In this document: piece after piece, positions 27,036 through 39,527 of the stretch | Layout: each line of letters opens with the position of its first letter | Position numbering within the stretch: position 1 is the first letter of the stretch | From: Armatimonadota bacterium | Lineage (GTDB): Bacteria; Armatimonadota; SYMT01 | Assembly (NCBI GenBank): GCA_041690135.1 | Contig: JAWLHY010000006.1 | Span: 166,327 to 230,326 of the forward strand | Direction: 5' to 3' | Length of the DNA: 64,000 nt | The notes under the pieces: generated by a model | The model's input: only the letters and a program-made list of their open reading frames with translations | Database searches by the model: none | What the model was told of the DNA's origin: nothing | Position numbers and translations under genes: made by a program

Positions 27036-28445
27036 TTAATCCATCTCTCGATACTCTTCCGCCAGATCTTCGAACCGGGCGTAGCGCCGCAAGAACCCGA
27101 AGCGCACGGTGCCGACGGGACCGTTGCGGTGCTTGGCGATGATACACTCCGCTTCTTCGAGCCACTCCTGTCCCGGTGGGGGCTCGGAGGCCCCGTCGCC
27201 TTCGCCGTCCCGATTGTAATAGCGCGAGCGGTACAGCATCATCACCATATCGGCTTCCGCCTCGATGGAACCCGATTCGCGAAGGTCGGAAAGCATCGGC
27301 CGCTTGTCCTCCCGGCGTTCTACACTCCGGGAAAGCTGGGAGAGGGCGATGACCGGGCAGTTCAACTCGCGAGCCATGGACTTGAGGGAGCGCGCGATCA
27401 CCGAGATTTCCTGGTTCCGATTCTCGTTCTTGCCGTGCCCGCGGATGAGCTGAAGGTAGTCGATCACGACGAGGCCCAGGCCATGCTCGCTCTGCAAACG
27501 CCGGCACTTGGCGCGCATCTCCAGCACGGAGATATCCGAGGAATCGTCGATGTAAATCGGCATGTCACCCAGGCGACCGACGGCGCGCCCGAGGCGAGTC
27601 CAGTCGCTCTCTTCGTCGTCGGTGTGGGTGCGGAGGTAACCCGTGCGGAGGCGCATCCCATCGACGCGCGCCTCGGAGCAAATCATACGATGTGCGAGCT
27701 GCTCGCGCGACATTTCCAGGCTGAAGATGGCGACCGGCACTTCCCCTTGCGCCGCGGCGTTCACCGCGAAGGCTAAACAGAGGGAGGTCTTCCCCATGGA
27801 AGGGCGGCCGGCGATGATGATGAAGTCGCCGCGCTGGAAGCCGGAGGTCATCTGGTCGAGTTGGGAGAAGCCGGTAGGGATACCGGTGAACTGGCTCTCG
27901 CTAGCCCGGACTTCTTCCAGGCGCTCCATCGAGTCCATCACCACATCGCGAATCGCCACGAACCCCTGGGTTGCCCGGCGCTGACCGACGGCGAAGATCA
28001 GGCGTTCCGCATTGTCGACGATGTGGTCCACCTCGTCTTCCTGCTCGAAGGAAGATGCGATGATTTCATTGGACGCATCAATCAGCTTGCGGAGCGTCGA
28101 CTTTTCCTTAACGGTGCGGGCGTAATACTCAACGTGAGCGGCGGTCGGCACGCTGTCGGCCAGCGTGTTGATATAGGCCAGCCCCCCCACCGCATCGAGC
28201 TTGCCCAGCCGCTTCAGCTCTTCCGGAACCGTCAGAAGATCGCATGGCTTGTCCCGCTCGGCCAGGTACGCGATGGCGTCGTAGATACGGCGATGCGCCT
28301 CGTGGTAAAAGTCGTCGTGCTCGAGCATCTCCAGCAAGCGCTCCACCGCGGAACGGCTGATGAGCGCCGCTCCCAGGGTCGCCTGCTCGGCCTCGATGGA
28401 CTGGGGCGGAATCCGATCCGCCAGGGTGTGGGGAGTGGTCATCAT
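27036..28445 (-). CDS. dnaB: Replicative DNA helicase
   Basis: PPQSIEAEQA, GRPSMGKT, FSLEM, DYLQL, LSQLSR, SDLRESGSIE, AKHRNGP; no intein. Confidence 0.97.
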   Translation of the reverse strand: MMTTPHTLADRIPPQSIEAEQATLGAALISRSAVERLLEMLEHDDFYHEAHRRIYDAIAYLAERDKPCDLLTVPEELKRLGKLDAVGGLAYINTLADSVPTAAHVEYYARTVKEKSTLRKLIDASNEIIASSFEQEDEVDHIVDNAERLIFAVGQRRATQGFVAIRDVVMDSMERLEEVRASESQFTGIPTGFSQLDQMTSGFQRGDFIIIAGRPSMGKTSLCLAFAVNAAAQGEVPVAIFSLEMSREQLAHRMICSEARVDGMRLRTGYLRTHTDDEESDWTRLGRAVGRLGDMPIYIDDSSDISVLEMRAKCRRLQSEHGLGLVVIDYLQLIRGHGKNENRNQEISVIARSLKSMARELNCPVIALSQLSRSVERREDKRPMLSDLRESGSIEAEADMVMMLYRSRYYNRDGEGDGASEPPPGQEWLEEAECIIAKHRNGPVGTVRFGFLRRYARFEDLAEEYREMD

Positions 28446-28460
28446 GCCGGCGTTCCGGGT

Positions 28461-28497
28461 ATGGACAATGGACAATTGACAATTGACAATTGACAAT
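28461..28497. repeat. Left arm: 5 x 7-mer AT(G/T)GACA
   Basis: atggaca atggaca attgaca attgaca attgaca at; ends 15 nt before the dnaB start. Confidence 0.93.
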
Positions 28498-28548
28498 GTG
28501 CGCCATTCGCGCTCGTGCGAATACCTGCGCTATCACAGGTGCGACGGA

Positions 28549-28926
28549 TCATTGTTCGAACCTTCGCCACTTCTCTGTATTGCGCTTTGCAGTCACCAGA
28601 GCACGGCCGATTATGTCGCATAGCTCACTACTTTCCTTCAATACAGCCACTGTGTCGGCAGGTGTCATCATCTCGCCTTTGCGAATCATCCGTAGCCAGA
28701 GACGCGTCTCGCGGAGTTCTTTCAACACGATACTCATCTTGTGGATGAAGTCGGCCCGAGACTCCGCGGCACACGCCTCTTCGTAGACAGCCGCCGGTGA
28801 CGTGCAGCAACGGACCAACTGTCCCGCGATATGTCGGCCGAGCCGGGTCTCCGGCAGACGTTCCGCTAATGCGCCAACTTTCACCGCAAAAGTAACCAGG
28901 CGGTCGGAAAGCTGCTCGGGGGTCAC
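28549..28926 (-). CDS. Four helix bundle protein (23S rRNA intervening-sequence protein / Avd-like family)
   Basis: LSDRLVTFA...LP...HIAGQLVRCCTSPAAVYEEACAAESRADFIHKMSIVLKELRETRLWLRMI; GTG start with GAGGA RBS. Confidence 0.92.
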   Translation of the reverse strand: MTPEQLSDRLVTFAVKVGALAERLPETRLGRHIAGQLVRCCTSPAAVYEEACAAESRADFIHKMSIVLKELRETRLWLRMIRKGEMMTPADTVAVLKESSELCDIIGRALVTAKRNTEKWRRFEQ

Positions 28927-28987
28927 TAGAAATCCTCATCCGTGTTAACGTTGGGGGCGGGTCGGTATGAGCAATGCGCGACTCTCC

Positions 28988-29017
28988 CAAATGACAATTG
29001 TCAATTGTCATTTGTCG
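28988..29017. repeat. Right arm: inverted 7-mer array (ATTGTCA), also a 13-bp self-palindrome
   Basis: CAAATGACAATTG-T-CAATTGTCATTTG-tcg; 28997-29016 is the reverse complement of 28471-28490 at 19/20 positions. Confidence 0.9.
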
Positions 29018-30053
29018 TTAACTTCACAGGGCGATGCCCCAACTCTTGTGAACGGAGGAAGCCCAGGAGCACCTCCAGGACAAGTCGGCCTTGTTCAGGA
29101 GGACAGGAGAGTTCGGTGACTTCGCCTTTGAGGCAGCGAAGCAATTCATCGATCCCGGCCGCGGTGCCGGTGAGCCGCATCTGGGGTTCTACCAGCCGCT
29201 GGGAGCGCCCTTCCACCGTGAGGATGGCGCCGTCCAGGTCGGACACGTGGATCTGTCCCCGGTCGCCGTAGAGGTCGAGCGCAAACCCCTTGGGGGTATC
29301 TTTACTGGCGCAAAGGAAGGCCCGTGCGCCGTTCTCAAAGTGGAGGTAAGCCGTCGCGCCGGGGTCTCCCGCAGGGTCCCGACCGCCGTCTCCGCGATAG
29401 GTAAAGTAGTCCTCGAATCCCGGGTCCAACTCCGCCCACACCCACTCCGGCCGGCTCTCTACCAGCATCAACACGGTATCGACGAGATGGCTGCCGTTCC
29501 GGAAAAGCATGGCCCGCGGACCACCCATGTAGCCGACGATACGGGTCAGTTTCCCAATCTCGCCGGCTCGTACCCGTTCGCGGACGTGGTTGTAAAGCGG
29601 GTACCACCGCCGCGTGTGGTTTACCGCCAGGAGTACACCGGCCGCGCGCGCGGCGGCAATCATCCGGTCCGCATCTTCGAGTGTGGTCGCGATCGGCTTC
29701 TCGCAGAAGATGGCTCGAACTCCAGCCTCACAGGCATCGACCACGATGTCCGCGTGGCGGTGGTCCGAGGTGACGACGCTGAGGACCTCGATTCCGCAAT
29801 CCCCAAGCATCCGGCGATAGTCCGTATAGCCCTGCGCATCCGGAAAGCGGGCGGACCAGTTCCCACGAAACTCTTCGATCAATTCCGCGCGCAAATCGCA
29901 CACTGCAGCCAGTTCGACCTCCGGCTGGAGCGCATAGGCACCCGCATGGGAGGTAGGCATCACGTCTCGGAGTCCACCCAGAAGTGGAATGGGGCTCACT
30001 CCAGCCCCTATGCCCGTCAAACCGACGATCGCCGCCCGGTAGCGCTTCATCAT
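29001..30053 (-). CDS. Gfo/Idh/MocA family oxidoreductase
   Basis: AAIVGLTGIG, CEKPIA, VNHTRRW, GSHLVD; last codons and stop lie within the 7-mer array. Confidence 0.92.
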   Translation of the reverse strand: MMKRYRAAIVGLTGIGAGVSPIPLLGGLRDVMPTSHAGAYALQPEVELAAVCDLRAELIEEFRGNWSARFPDAQGYTDYRRMLGDCGIEVLSVVTSDHRHADIVVDACEAGVRAIFCEKPIATTLEDADRMIAAARAAGVLLAVNHTRRWYPLYNHVRERVRAGEIGKLTRIVGYMGGPRAMLFRNGSHLVDTVLMLVESRPEWVWAELDPGFEDYFTYRGDGGRDPAGDPGATAYLHFENGARAFLCASKDTPKGFALDLYGDRGQIHVSDLDGAILTVEGRSQRLVEPQMRLTGTAAGIDELLRCLKGEVTELSCPPEQGRLVLEVLLGFLRSQELGHRPVKLTTNDN

Positions 30054-30186
30054 GATCATCCTGCGATCGATGCACCTCGGCGGTGCAGCGCTCATCCCAG
30101 AGCGCCACGTCTAGCCGCGTTTGTGAGCCGGTCAAAGGAGTGGATAAGGGCCATCCTCTTTCAACCGGATTCGAGAAGCTTTAGGG

Positions 30187-31659
30187 TCAGGCCCGCTTGC
30201 CGGTCTTGATCATCTGGAGCTCCTTGCGAAGGGGACTGTCCTTATAGAAGGAGTCGAGCGGGTAACAGCCGGAGATCATCCCATTGCGCGGCGCCGTAGT
30301 ACAGTCGCTGAAGGTGCGGCAGATCAGCTTCTCCTGCATTTCGCCGCGGGTCAGGGTGTCCCAGGGAAGCTGTGGGTATGAGAGGACGAGCCGCCCCAAG
30401 CCGACACAATCGACCCAACCCTGTCGCACTACGGCCTGTGCGACGTGCGGCAAATACTCCTGGAGGTAGGTGTAGGCGGTACCCACCAGCAGTAGGTCCG
30501 GGAACCGCTGCTTCAACTCGCGGACCACGCCAATCTGGCGGGCGCAGCCGACGAGCGGGTCTTCCGGCGGCTGGTAGCCGTCCGAAGGCGGGTAGATAGC
30601 CGGCCGCTGGATGTGCGGGTTGTAGTAAGGGCTGCCGGCCGAAAGGTTCACCATCCGGATACCCAGTTCACGAAGTAACTCCAGGAAGCGGATCGGCTCC
30701 GTCAGGTCCGCCTCCACGGGATGATCCGGGTTGGTGCCGAACGCATACCGGTACGGGAGGCAATTCTCGAACGCTTCCGGAATCCCGGGGCCGAGGCGAC
30801 CAGGACGGGATTGCTCGGGGTCGGGTCGGAACGGAACCCAGTCGAAGACGGAGAGACGCACCCCCAACTGCATCTCCGGGACCCGTTCCCGAATGCCCTC
30901 CACGATCTCCCGAAGGAAGCGGGTCCGATTCTCGAACGAACCACCGTAGGGGCCGGGACGGGTGTGGGCGCCCAGGAACTCGTGTCCCAGGTACCCGTGA
31001 CAGTGCTTGAGATCCAGGAACTGGAACCCGGCCTGCCGCGCCAACACCGCAGCCCGATGATAGGCCCCGATCAGGTCGCGAATCTCGTCGTCGGTCAGGA
31101 CCGGAAAATCGTCCGACAGGCCGAACTTGCGATCCAGGATGGGGTGACGGAATAGAATGCGCGGCTCCATCCGGTCTTTGCGGTACGGGCGACAGAAACG
31201 ACCGGAATGCGTCAACTGCAGACCGACCACCAGCCCCTCCTCCGAACCGCACTGCCCGCGGTGCGCTTCCACCAGGGTCTCCCGCAATCGGGCCAGGTCC
31301 CCCACCGTGTCGGGGTTGATCATCAACTGGTTGGGGTTAGCGCGTCCGTCGGGCGTCACCGCCACCGCCTCCCCACCCCAGATCAACTTGGCCCCGCTCT
31401 CGCCGAAACGACGCCACCGCCGCAGGGTGTACTCGCTGGGATGGCCGTCCGTCGTTCCGTCCCAGCCTTCCATCGGCTGAATGCACCAGCGATTCCCGAT
31501 TTCCAGGGTACCGGACTGGATTCCACGGGCCATCGGCGATTCCGGGGCGGTGAGGATCTCGTCGTCACAGGGGAGATCCAGGCCGAGAGAAGTTAGGTAA
31601 TCCCGGAAAGCCTGGGGGGAGTTGAGGGCGGGAATCTTAGCGAAGGCCTGGTTGGACAA
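30187..31659 (-). CDS. NADH:flavin oxidoreductase (Old Yellow Enzyme family)
   Basis: [46 protein letters not shown]. Confidence 0.9.
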   Translation of the reverse strand: MSNQAFAKIPALNSPQAFRDYLTSLGLDLPCDDEILTAPESPMARGIQSGTLEIGNRWCIQPMEGWDGTTDGHPSEYTLRRWRRFGESGAKLIWGGEAVAVTPDGRANPNQLMINPDTVGDLARLRETLVEAHRGQCGSEEGLVVGLQLTHSGRFCRPYRKDRMEPRILFRHPILDRKFGLSDDFPVLTDDEIRDLIGAYHRAAVLARQAGFQFLDLKHCHGYLGHEFLGAHTRPGPYGGSFENRTRFLREIVEGIRERVPEMQLGVRLSVFDWVPFRPDPEQSRPGRLGPGIPEAFENCLPYRYAFGTNPDHPVEADLTEPIRFLELLRELGIRMVNLSAGSPYYNPHIQRPAIYPPSDGYQPPEDPLVGCARQIGVVRELKQRFPDLLLVGTAYTYLQEYLPHVAQAVVRQGWVDCVGLGRLVLSYPQLPWDTLTRGEMQEKLICRTFSDCTTAPRNGMISGCYPLDSFYKDSPLRKELQMIKTGKRA

Positions 31660-32006
31660 CGAGGGCTCCTTTCACTGGGGATGGACATGGTACACGACCG
31701 CCTGCGACGGCGCAAGGCGGAAGAAAACAGGGTTTATCCAGCCCGGTGGGTGCGGGTAGTAGCAAGCAGAGATGCCCTCGGGTTTGCACCCGAGAGCCAC
31801 TAACCAGAGACGCCACTCGTTCCCACCCGCACCCCCTGCGGCGCAGATTTCCGAAGGCGTGGGAAATTACGGCAGTCCTGCCTCGGCCCTTTCCGGGGCA
31901 GCCGAATGCGGCCGGACAGGATGCCGCTCTTCGCATTCTCTATGTCAATCCGCGCACGCACTTGCTATGTCGCGGCGCATAAACAGTCAGTTAAGGAGAA
32001 ACGCCC

Positions 32007-33143
32007 TTGGCTTCCGAGAGCCCCATGATCGTGCACTGCCACCTCCGCTGGCATGGAGTGTGGCAGCGGCCGCAGCAGATCCTGAGCCGGATGGCGCAGA
32101 CGCGTCGTATCGCTTTCATCGAAGAGCCGATGTTCCTCCACAACGGCGAAGCCCCACGTCTCGACGTGAGCGAGCAGAACGGTCTCGTGATCGCTACGCC
32201 GCATGTTCCGGCGCAGGAAGAGCACCTGCCTCGTGTGAGCCGCGCCAACCAGCAGATCATTCGCGAACTGGTGGCGCCGTTCATTCGCAAATACGACCTT
32301 CAGGGCGGTGTCCGCTGGCACTATGCCCCGATGGCGATCTATATGAGCGACCTCGGCGAATGTTCGACCATCGTCTACGACTGTATGGACGAATTGTCGG
32401 CATTCAAAGGCGCTCCGCCCGAACTCGTGGACTGCGAACGAGCCTTGATGAACGAAGCGCAGGTGATGTTCACCGGTGGTCTGAGCATGTGGCTGAACAA
32501 AAAACAGCACCACCCCAACTGTCACCGCTTTGACTCCGGGGTAGACGTGGAGCACTTCCAGCAGGCGACACGGCCAGACCACCCAATCCCGGAAGATGCC
32601 CGCAATCTCCCGGGGCCGGTGATCGGCTACTACGGGGTCATCGACGAACGGATGGATTACGACGCCATTCGGGCCCTCGCGGCAGCGTTCCCCCAGGGTA
32701 CGATTCTGATGGTGGGACCGGTGACCAAGGTCGATCCGGCCGAGCTTCCACAGGCTCCCAACATACGTTATGTCGGCCAGCGTACCTATGCCGAACTACC
32801 GGGCTATCTCAAGGCATTCGACGTGGCACTGGTGCCGTTCGCGGATAACCCCGCGACCCGGTTCCTCAGCCCCACCAAGACCCTGGAGTACTTCGCCGGC
32901 CTGAAGCCCGTAGTGAGTTCTCCGGTGAAAGACGTGGTGGAGAACTACGCCGACATCGTGCGGCTGGCACGCAGCCCGGAAGAGTACGTCGCCGCCGTGC
33001 GTGTGGCCCTATCCGAGGACAACAGCGATCGGGCTCGCCGGGGTCTGGAGAAGGCGCAGGAGAAGACCTGGGACGCCATCGTCGCCTCCATGAGCGAACT
33101 GCTGGCGGAAGCCGAGGCGCGAGCCGCCGCGCGCGCGGCGTAA
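32007..33143 (+). CDS. GT-B glycosyltransferase (family 1/4)
   Basis: HLRWHGVWQRPQQ, VYDCMDELSAF, GYYGVIDERMD, SPTKTLEY; AAGGAG RBS, TTG start. Confidence 0.88.
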   Translation: MASESPMIVHCHLRWHGVWQRPQQILSRMAQTRRIAFIEEPMFLHNGEAPRLDVSEQNGLVIATPHVPAQEEHLPRVSRANQQIIRELVAPFIRKYDLQGGVRWHYAPMAIYMSDLGECSTIVYDCMDELSAFKGAPPELVDCERALMNEAQVMFTGGLSMWLNKKQHHPNCHRFDSGVDVEHFQQATRPDHPIPEDARNLPGPVIGYYGVIDERMDYDAIRALAAAFPQGTILMVGPVTKVDPAELPQAPNIRYVGQRTYAELPGYLKAFDVALVPFADNPATRFLSPTKTLEYFAGLKPVVSSPVKDVVENYADIVRLARSPEEYVAAVRVALSEDNSDRARRGLEKAQEKTWDAIVASMSELLAEAEARAAARAA

Positions 33144-33293
33144 GGCATTCGCGGCGGTTATTGAGCATCGATACAGCACGGCCGTCATAGCCACGGCATG
33201 GCCATGACGCGGCCTTGAACTGCCGTGCTGTACGTGCGAAACCCGTACCGCCTCGGGATGTTTTCCTGCTCGGGCGGATTGCACCCCAATAGT

Positions 33294-33325
33294 AGCCCCC
33301 GGATGAAAGTCCATCCGGGGGCTTT
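33294..33325. terminator. Hairpin between the convergent glycosyltransferase and leuS genes
   Basis: AGCCCCCGGATG-aaagtc-CATCCGGGGGCT-tt. Confidence 0.65.
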
Positions 33326-33370
33326 AAGCGGCTCTGTTTCGGTTCGGCAGGGAACGTCTGCGCTCGGCTA

Positions 33371-35956
<2,586 letters not shown>

Positions 35957-35987
35957 GACACTCTCCTGATGGTCCCATCCGGTAACT

Positions 35988-36878
35988 TTAGCCGCGCTTG
36001 CCGTACAGCAGCGCGAAATACCCGAAAAACAATCCTCCGGCCAGCAACAGGACGATCACCGTCCCCAGGATCTCGTCCCGCGTGAGGCGGAACTTGCGCC
36101 AGTTCAACGCCACGAAAGTGAGCGCCATCGGCGCCAGCGCGGGCATATTGATCCCGAACAACAGAACCGCCAGCAACGAGACGGCGAGGACCGCGCTGAG
36201 CGCCCAGGCGTTCCGAGCCAGCCCCATCTCAAACCGCGCCGCACACGCGAGAAAGATACCCAAAAAGAGAAAGTCCGCGGGACCGATGGTGAGAGTCGGC
36301 AGCGCCGGATGCACGGCGGGCACCTTCGCCGACACGGATTGCACCAGCGCCTGACCCTTGGGGGTCGAGAGCGCGTGCTTTACCGTCCCAAAATTCACCA
36401 CCACGAAATCCGCAAACGCCGCGAAGGCCCCGGCCGGCAGCAAGATGTTTGGCTCGCGCAGGGCGGCGGCCAGCGCCAGCCCCGCGGCAGAGGCCGCGAG
36501 GATCATTCCCGAATCCTGGAGGGTGCCGCGCAGCGCGCCGGGGAGTATCCCTCGCGCCGGTCCCCCGAGGAGATACCACACCCCCAGCCCGGCGACCAGT
36601 AGGCCCAGAGCCGGCAACACGGACCGCACCTGCCGCACCAGCGAGGCGATCACCAGAATGGGAAGCCCGATCGAGCCGGCGCAACTCACCGCCGCCGCCG
36701 CCGCCAGCACCCAGGCCGGGGTAGCCTCCGGAAGACGAACACTGGCCAAAAGGAAGCGGAAAACCAGGTATGCCAGGAGACCGCCCGCCAGCGCCATCCC
36801 TGGGGAGCGAGCCCCGTCCCCACCGGAAGCACCGGGCCGCGACGCTTCTCGCTCCTCACCCGCGACTTCAGCCTTCAT
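35988..36878 (-). CDS. Polytopic membrane protein with presenilin/SPP-like motif order
   Basis: About 9 hydrophobic segments; FADF, IGPADFLF and MPAL motifs. Confidence 0.7.
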   Translation of the reverse strand: MKAEVAGEEREASRPGASGGDGARSPGMALAGGLLAYLVFRFLLASVRLPEATPAWVLAAAAAVSCAGSIGLPILVIASLVRQVRSVLPALGLLVAGLGVWYLLGGPARGILPGALRGTLQDSGMILAASAAGLALAAALREPNILLPAGAFAAFADFVVVNFGTVKHALSTPKGQALVQSVSAKVPAVHPALPTLTIGPADFLFLGIFLACAARFEMGLARNAWALSAVLAVSLLAVLLFGINMPALAPMALTFVALNWRKFRLTRDEILGTVIVLLLAGGLFFGYFALLYGKRG

Positions 36879-37085
36879 CCGGAGCGACCTCCCCGGCACC
36901 CGCCGGGGGCACCCCTCCATCGCATTGAACTCGTTCCACCGTGGCGGTTATACTTCTGCGTAGGCTGCTGCCCGCGTCGTTCCGGAATCTGTGGCCCGCG
37001 TTTTTGCTCCCCCCAAAGGGAGGCTGGCCGGGTAGACATTGTACCAGAAGCGTAGGGGCGGTGCAACGCAGCCACTGGATGGGAG

Positions 37086-37670
37086 TTGAGTGTGGAGAAG
37101 TTGCGCGTAGTCATCGCCGACGATGAGTCGATTATCCGTCTCGATCTGAAGGAAACGCTCCAGCGGATGGGGCACCAGGTGGTTGCCGAGGCCGGCGATG
37201 GGCGCACCGCCCTCGACCTCATCCGGCAGCACCGGCCGGACCTCGCGATTCTGGACGTGAAGATGCCGGAGATGGACGGAATCGACGCGGCCAAGGTCGT
37301 CGCCGATGAGAAACTGGCGCCCGTACTATTGTTGACGGCGTACAGTCAGCAAGATCTCGTACAACGCGCGATGGAAGCCGGGGTGTTCGCGTATGTCGTC
37401 AAGCCGTTCACGGAAGCGGACCTTCTCCCGGCCATGGCGGTAGCCACCGCCCGGTTCCGAGAGTTCGCCGCCATCGCGGAGCAGGCGCAGTCGCTCTCGG
37501 CCGCGCTGGAGACCCGCAAGTTGGTCGACCGCGCCAAGGGGATCCTCCAGGACCGGCACGGGCTTTCCGAAGCGGAAGCGTTCCGCCGCATCCAGCAGCA
37601 GAGCATGAATACCCGCAAGCCCATGCGGGAGATTGCGGAGGCGATCATCATCGCCAATGAGCTTGCCTAG
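37086..37670 (+). CDS. Response regulator with receiver and ANTAR domains (PdtaR/EutV-like)
   Basis: IADDE, ILDVKMP, LTAYS, VVKPF; ANTAR RKLVDRAKGILQ...EAEAFRRIQQQSMNTRKPMREIA. Confidence 0.93.
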   Translation: MSVEKLRVVIADDESIIRLDLKETLQRMGHQVVAEAGDGRTALDLIRQHRPDLAILDVKMPEMDGIDAAKVVADEKLAPVLLLTAYSQQDLVQRAMEAGVFAYVVKPFTEADLLPAMAVATARFREFAAIAEQAQSLSAALETRKLVDRAKGILQDRHGLSEAEAFRRIQQQSMNTRKPMREIAEAIIIANELA

Positions 37671-39365
37671 ATGCCGAACAGCAGTACTTCCCAAGGCATC
37701 ACCCACCCCGAACAGGAGATCACCGCGCTCCGGAGCCGGATCGCCGAGCTCCAGGCGCAACTCGACGACAAAAGTGAAGAGGTGGAGCTGCTGCACGAGG
37801 TGACCGCCAAAGTGGCGGCGGCACCCGACACGGAGGGGATGCTCCAATGCATCGCCGAGATCGCCGTACGCGTCACCGGCACCGACTCCTCTTCTATTTA
37901 CGTCTTCGACCAGACGAAGCAAAACCTGCTGCTCAAGGCCGTCCATGACGCTCCGCACGGCCTGATCGGGCGTCTCTCGCTGGAGGTGGGGGAAGGGATT
38001 ACGGGGTGGGTAGCCCGGGAACGACACCCGGTGGCGCTCGAGAGGGACGCCTTCACCGATCCTCGTTTCAAGGCTCTGCCCGACCTCCGGGACCAGCAGT
38101 GCCAGAGCTTCCTCTCCGTGCCGATGACCGCCCAGAGCGAGATCATCGGCGTCTTGAATGTGAAAACGCGCGACCCGCACGTCTACTCGACACGGGCGAT
38201 CCATCTGTTGAAGGCGGTCGCAAGCCAGGCCGCGGCGGCGATTCAGGGGATGCGGCTCCAGGAAAGCATGACGGTCAAGAGCACCCAGCTCTCCGCCATC
38301 TCCGAAGTCAGCAAGACAATCACCTCCAACCTCTACCTGGAGGAAATCCTGCAGCTCATTGTGGCGATGACGGCGCGGACCTTCCACTTCAAGATCTGCT
38401 CCATCATGCTCCTCGATGAGGAGCGCCAGGAACTGGTGATTAAGGCCACCCAGAGCAAGAGTCGCGACTACGTCTCCAAACCGAACCTGAAAGTAGGCGA
38501 GAGCGTGGCCGGGCGCGCCGTTCAGGAAGGTCGCGTGCTCACCATCCTCGATGTGAAGCGTGCGCCGGAATACCGCTTCCCGGACCTCGCCGAGAAAGAG
38601 GGCCTCTGCTCCATGGTGTGCGTGCCGCTTATCAGTCGCGAGCGAAGCATCGGCGTGCTCAACTGCTACACCGGCCAGGAGAAGGTGTTCTCGCAGGAAG
38701 AGATCGACAGCCTCAAGACGATGGCGAACCAGGCGGCCATCGCCATCGAGAATGCCAAGCTCATGGTTCGCTCGGCCATCATCCAGGAGATGCACCACCG
38801 GGTCAAGAACAGCCTGCAGACGGTGGCCAGTCTGCTCCGGATCCAGCTCCATCGCCGCGGTGAAGGCACCCTGGACGAGATGCTCCGCGAGTCGATCAAC
38901 CGGATCATCAGCATCGCGACCGTCCACGACCTCCTGGCGAAGGAAGAGCTAGACCAGGTCAGCCTGCGCACCGCCGCCGAGACCATCCTGTCCCTCACCG
39001 CCCGCAGCCTGCTTCGTCCGAATCAGCAGGTGCAACTGCGCGTTACGGGAGAGGATCTCTGGCTGCCTTCCAGCCGCGCTTCCTCGGTGGCGCTGATCCT
39101 GAATGAGCTGGTACAGAACGCCGTGGAACATGGACTGCGGAATCGCGACGAGGGCCTGATCGAAGTCCACATCTCCCGGCACGATGGTCAGGTGATGATG
39201 GAAGTGATCAACGATGGCGACCCCGTTCCCGAGGGATTCGACCCCAAACAGTCCGGGAGTCTCGGTCTGCAGATCGTGGAGACTCTGGCGCAGAACGACC
39301 TGGGTGGCCGTTTCAGTCTAAGTACCACCAATCTGACTCATGCTTCGGTTGTCTTCTCCCCGTAA
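37671..39365 (+). CDS. Cytoplasmic tandem-GAF sensor histidine kinase, HisKA_2 type (PdtaS/EutW-like)
   Basis: Two GAF domains (GEGITGWVA, GESVAGRAV), EMHHRVKNSLQ, NELVQNAVEHG, SLGLQIV; no TM segment. Confidence 0.92.
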   Translation: MPNSSTSQGITHPEQEITALRSRIAELQAQLDDKSEEVELLHEVTAKVAAAPDTEGMLQCIAEIAVRVTGTDSSSIYVFDQTKQNLLLKAVHDAPHGLIGRLSLEVGEGITGWVARERHPVALERDAFTDPRFKALPDLRDQQCQSFLSVPMTAQSEIIGVLNVKTRDPHVYSTRAIHLLKAVASQAAAAIQGMRLQESMTVKSTQLSAISEVSKTITSNLYLEEILQLIVAMTARTFHFKICSIMLLDEERQELVIKATQSKSRDYVSKPNLKVGESVAGRAVQEGRVLTILDVKRAPEYRFPDLAEKEGLCSMVCVPLISRERSIGVLNCYTGQEKVFSQEEIDSLKTMANQAAIAIENAKLMVRSAIIQEMHHRVKNSLQTVASLLRIQLHRRGEGTLDEMLRESINRIISIATVHDLLAKEELDQVSLRTAAETILSLTARSLLRPNQQVQLRVTGEDLWLPSSRASSVALILNELVQNAVEHGLRNRDEGLIEVHISRHDGQVMMEVINDGDPVPEGFDPKQSGSLGLQIVETLAQNDLGGRFSLSTTNLTHASVVFSP

Positions 39366-39527
39366 AGTGTTCTATACTTTATCGTCCGACCGACGGTCAT
39401 AACTCTTAAGTTTGGCCCTCAGGAACAAAATCTCGGGAAGCGCCCCCTCCGCACAACCAAGGGCGCGCCCGCAAGCAGTTACGGAGCCGCAAGGCATTCA
39501 GGGACCCTCACGAGGAGAAGTAGATCC

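Noticed and set aside
27036-28445. Intein in DnaB
   Set aside because: Normal length with contiguous motifs.
28446-28496. N-terminal extension MSIVNCQLSIVH on DnaB in the ORF track
   Set aside because: It is the translation of the heptamer array; DnaB homology starts at MTTPH...RIPPQ.
28549-28926. Diversity-generating retroelement (Avd-like gene)
   Set aside because: No reverse transcriptase or TR/VR pair in the window.
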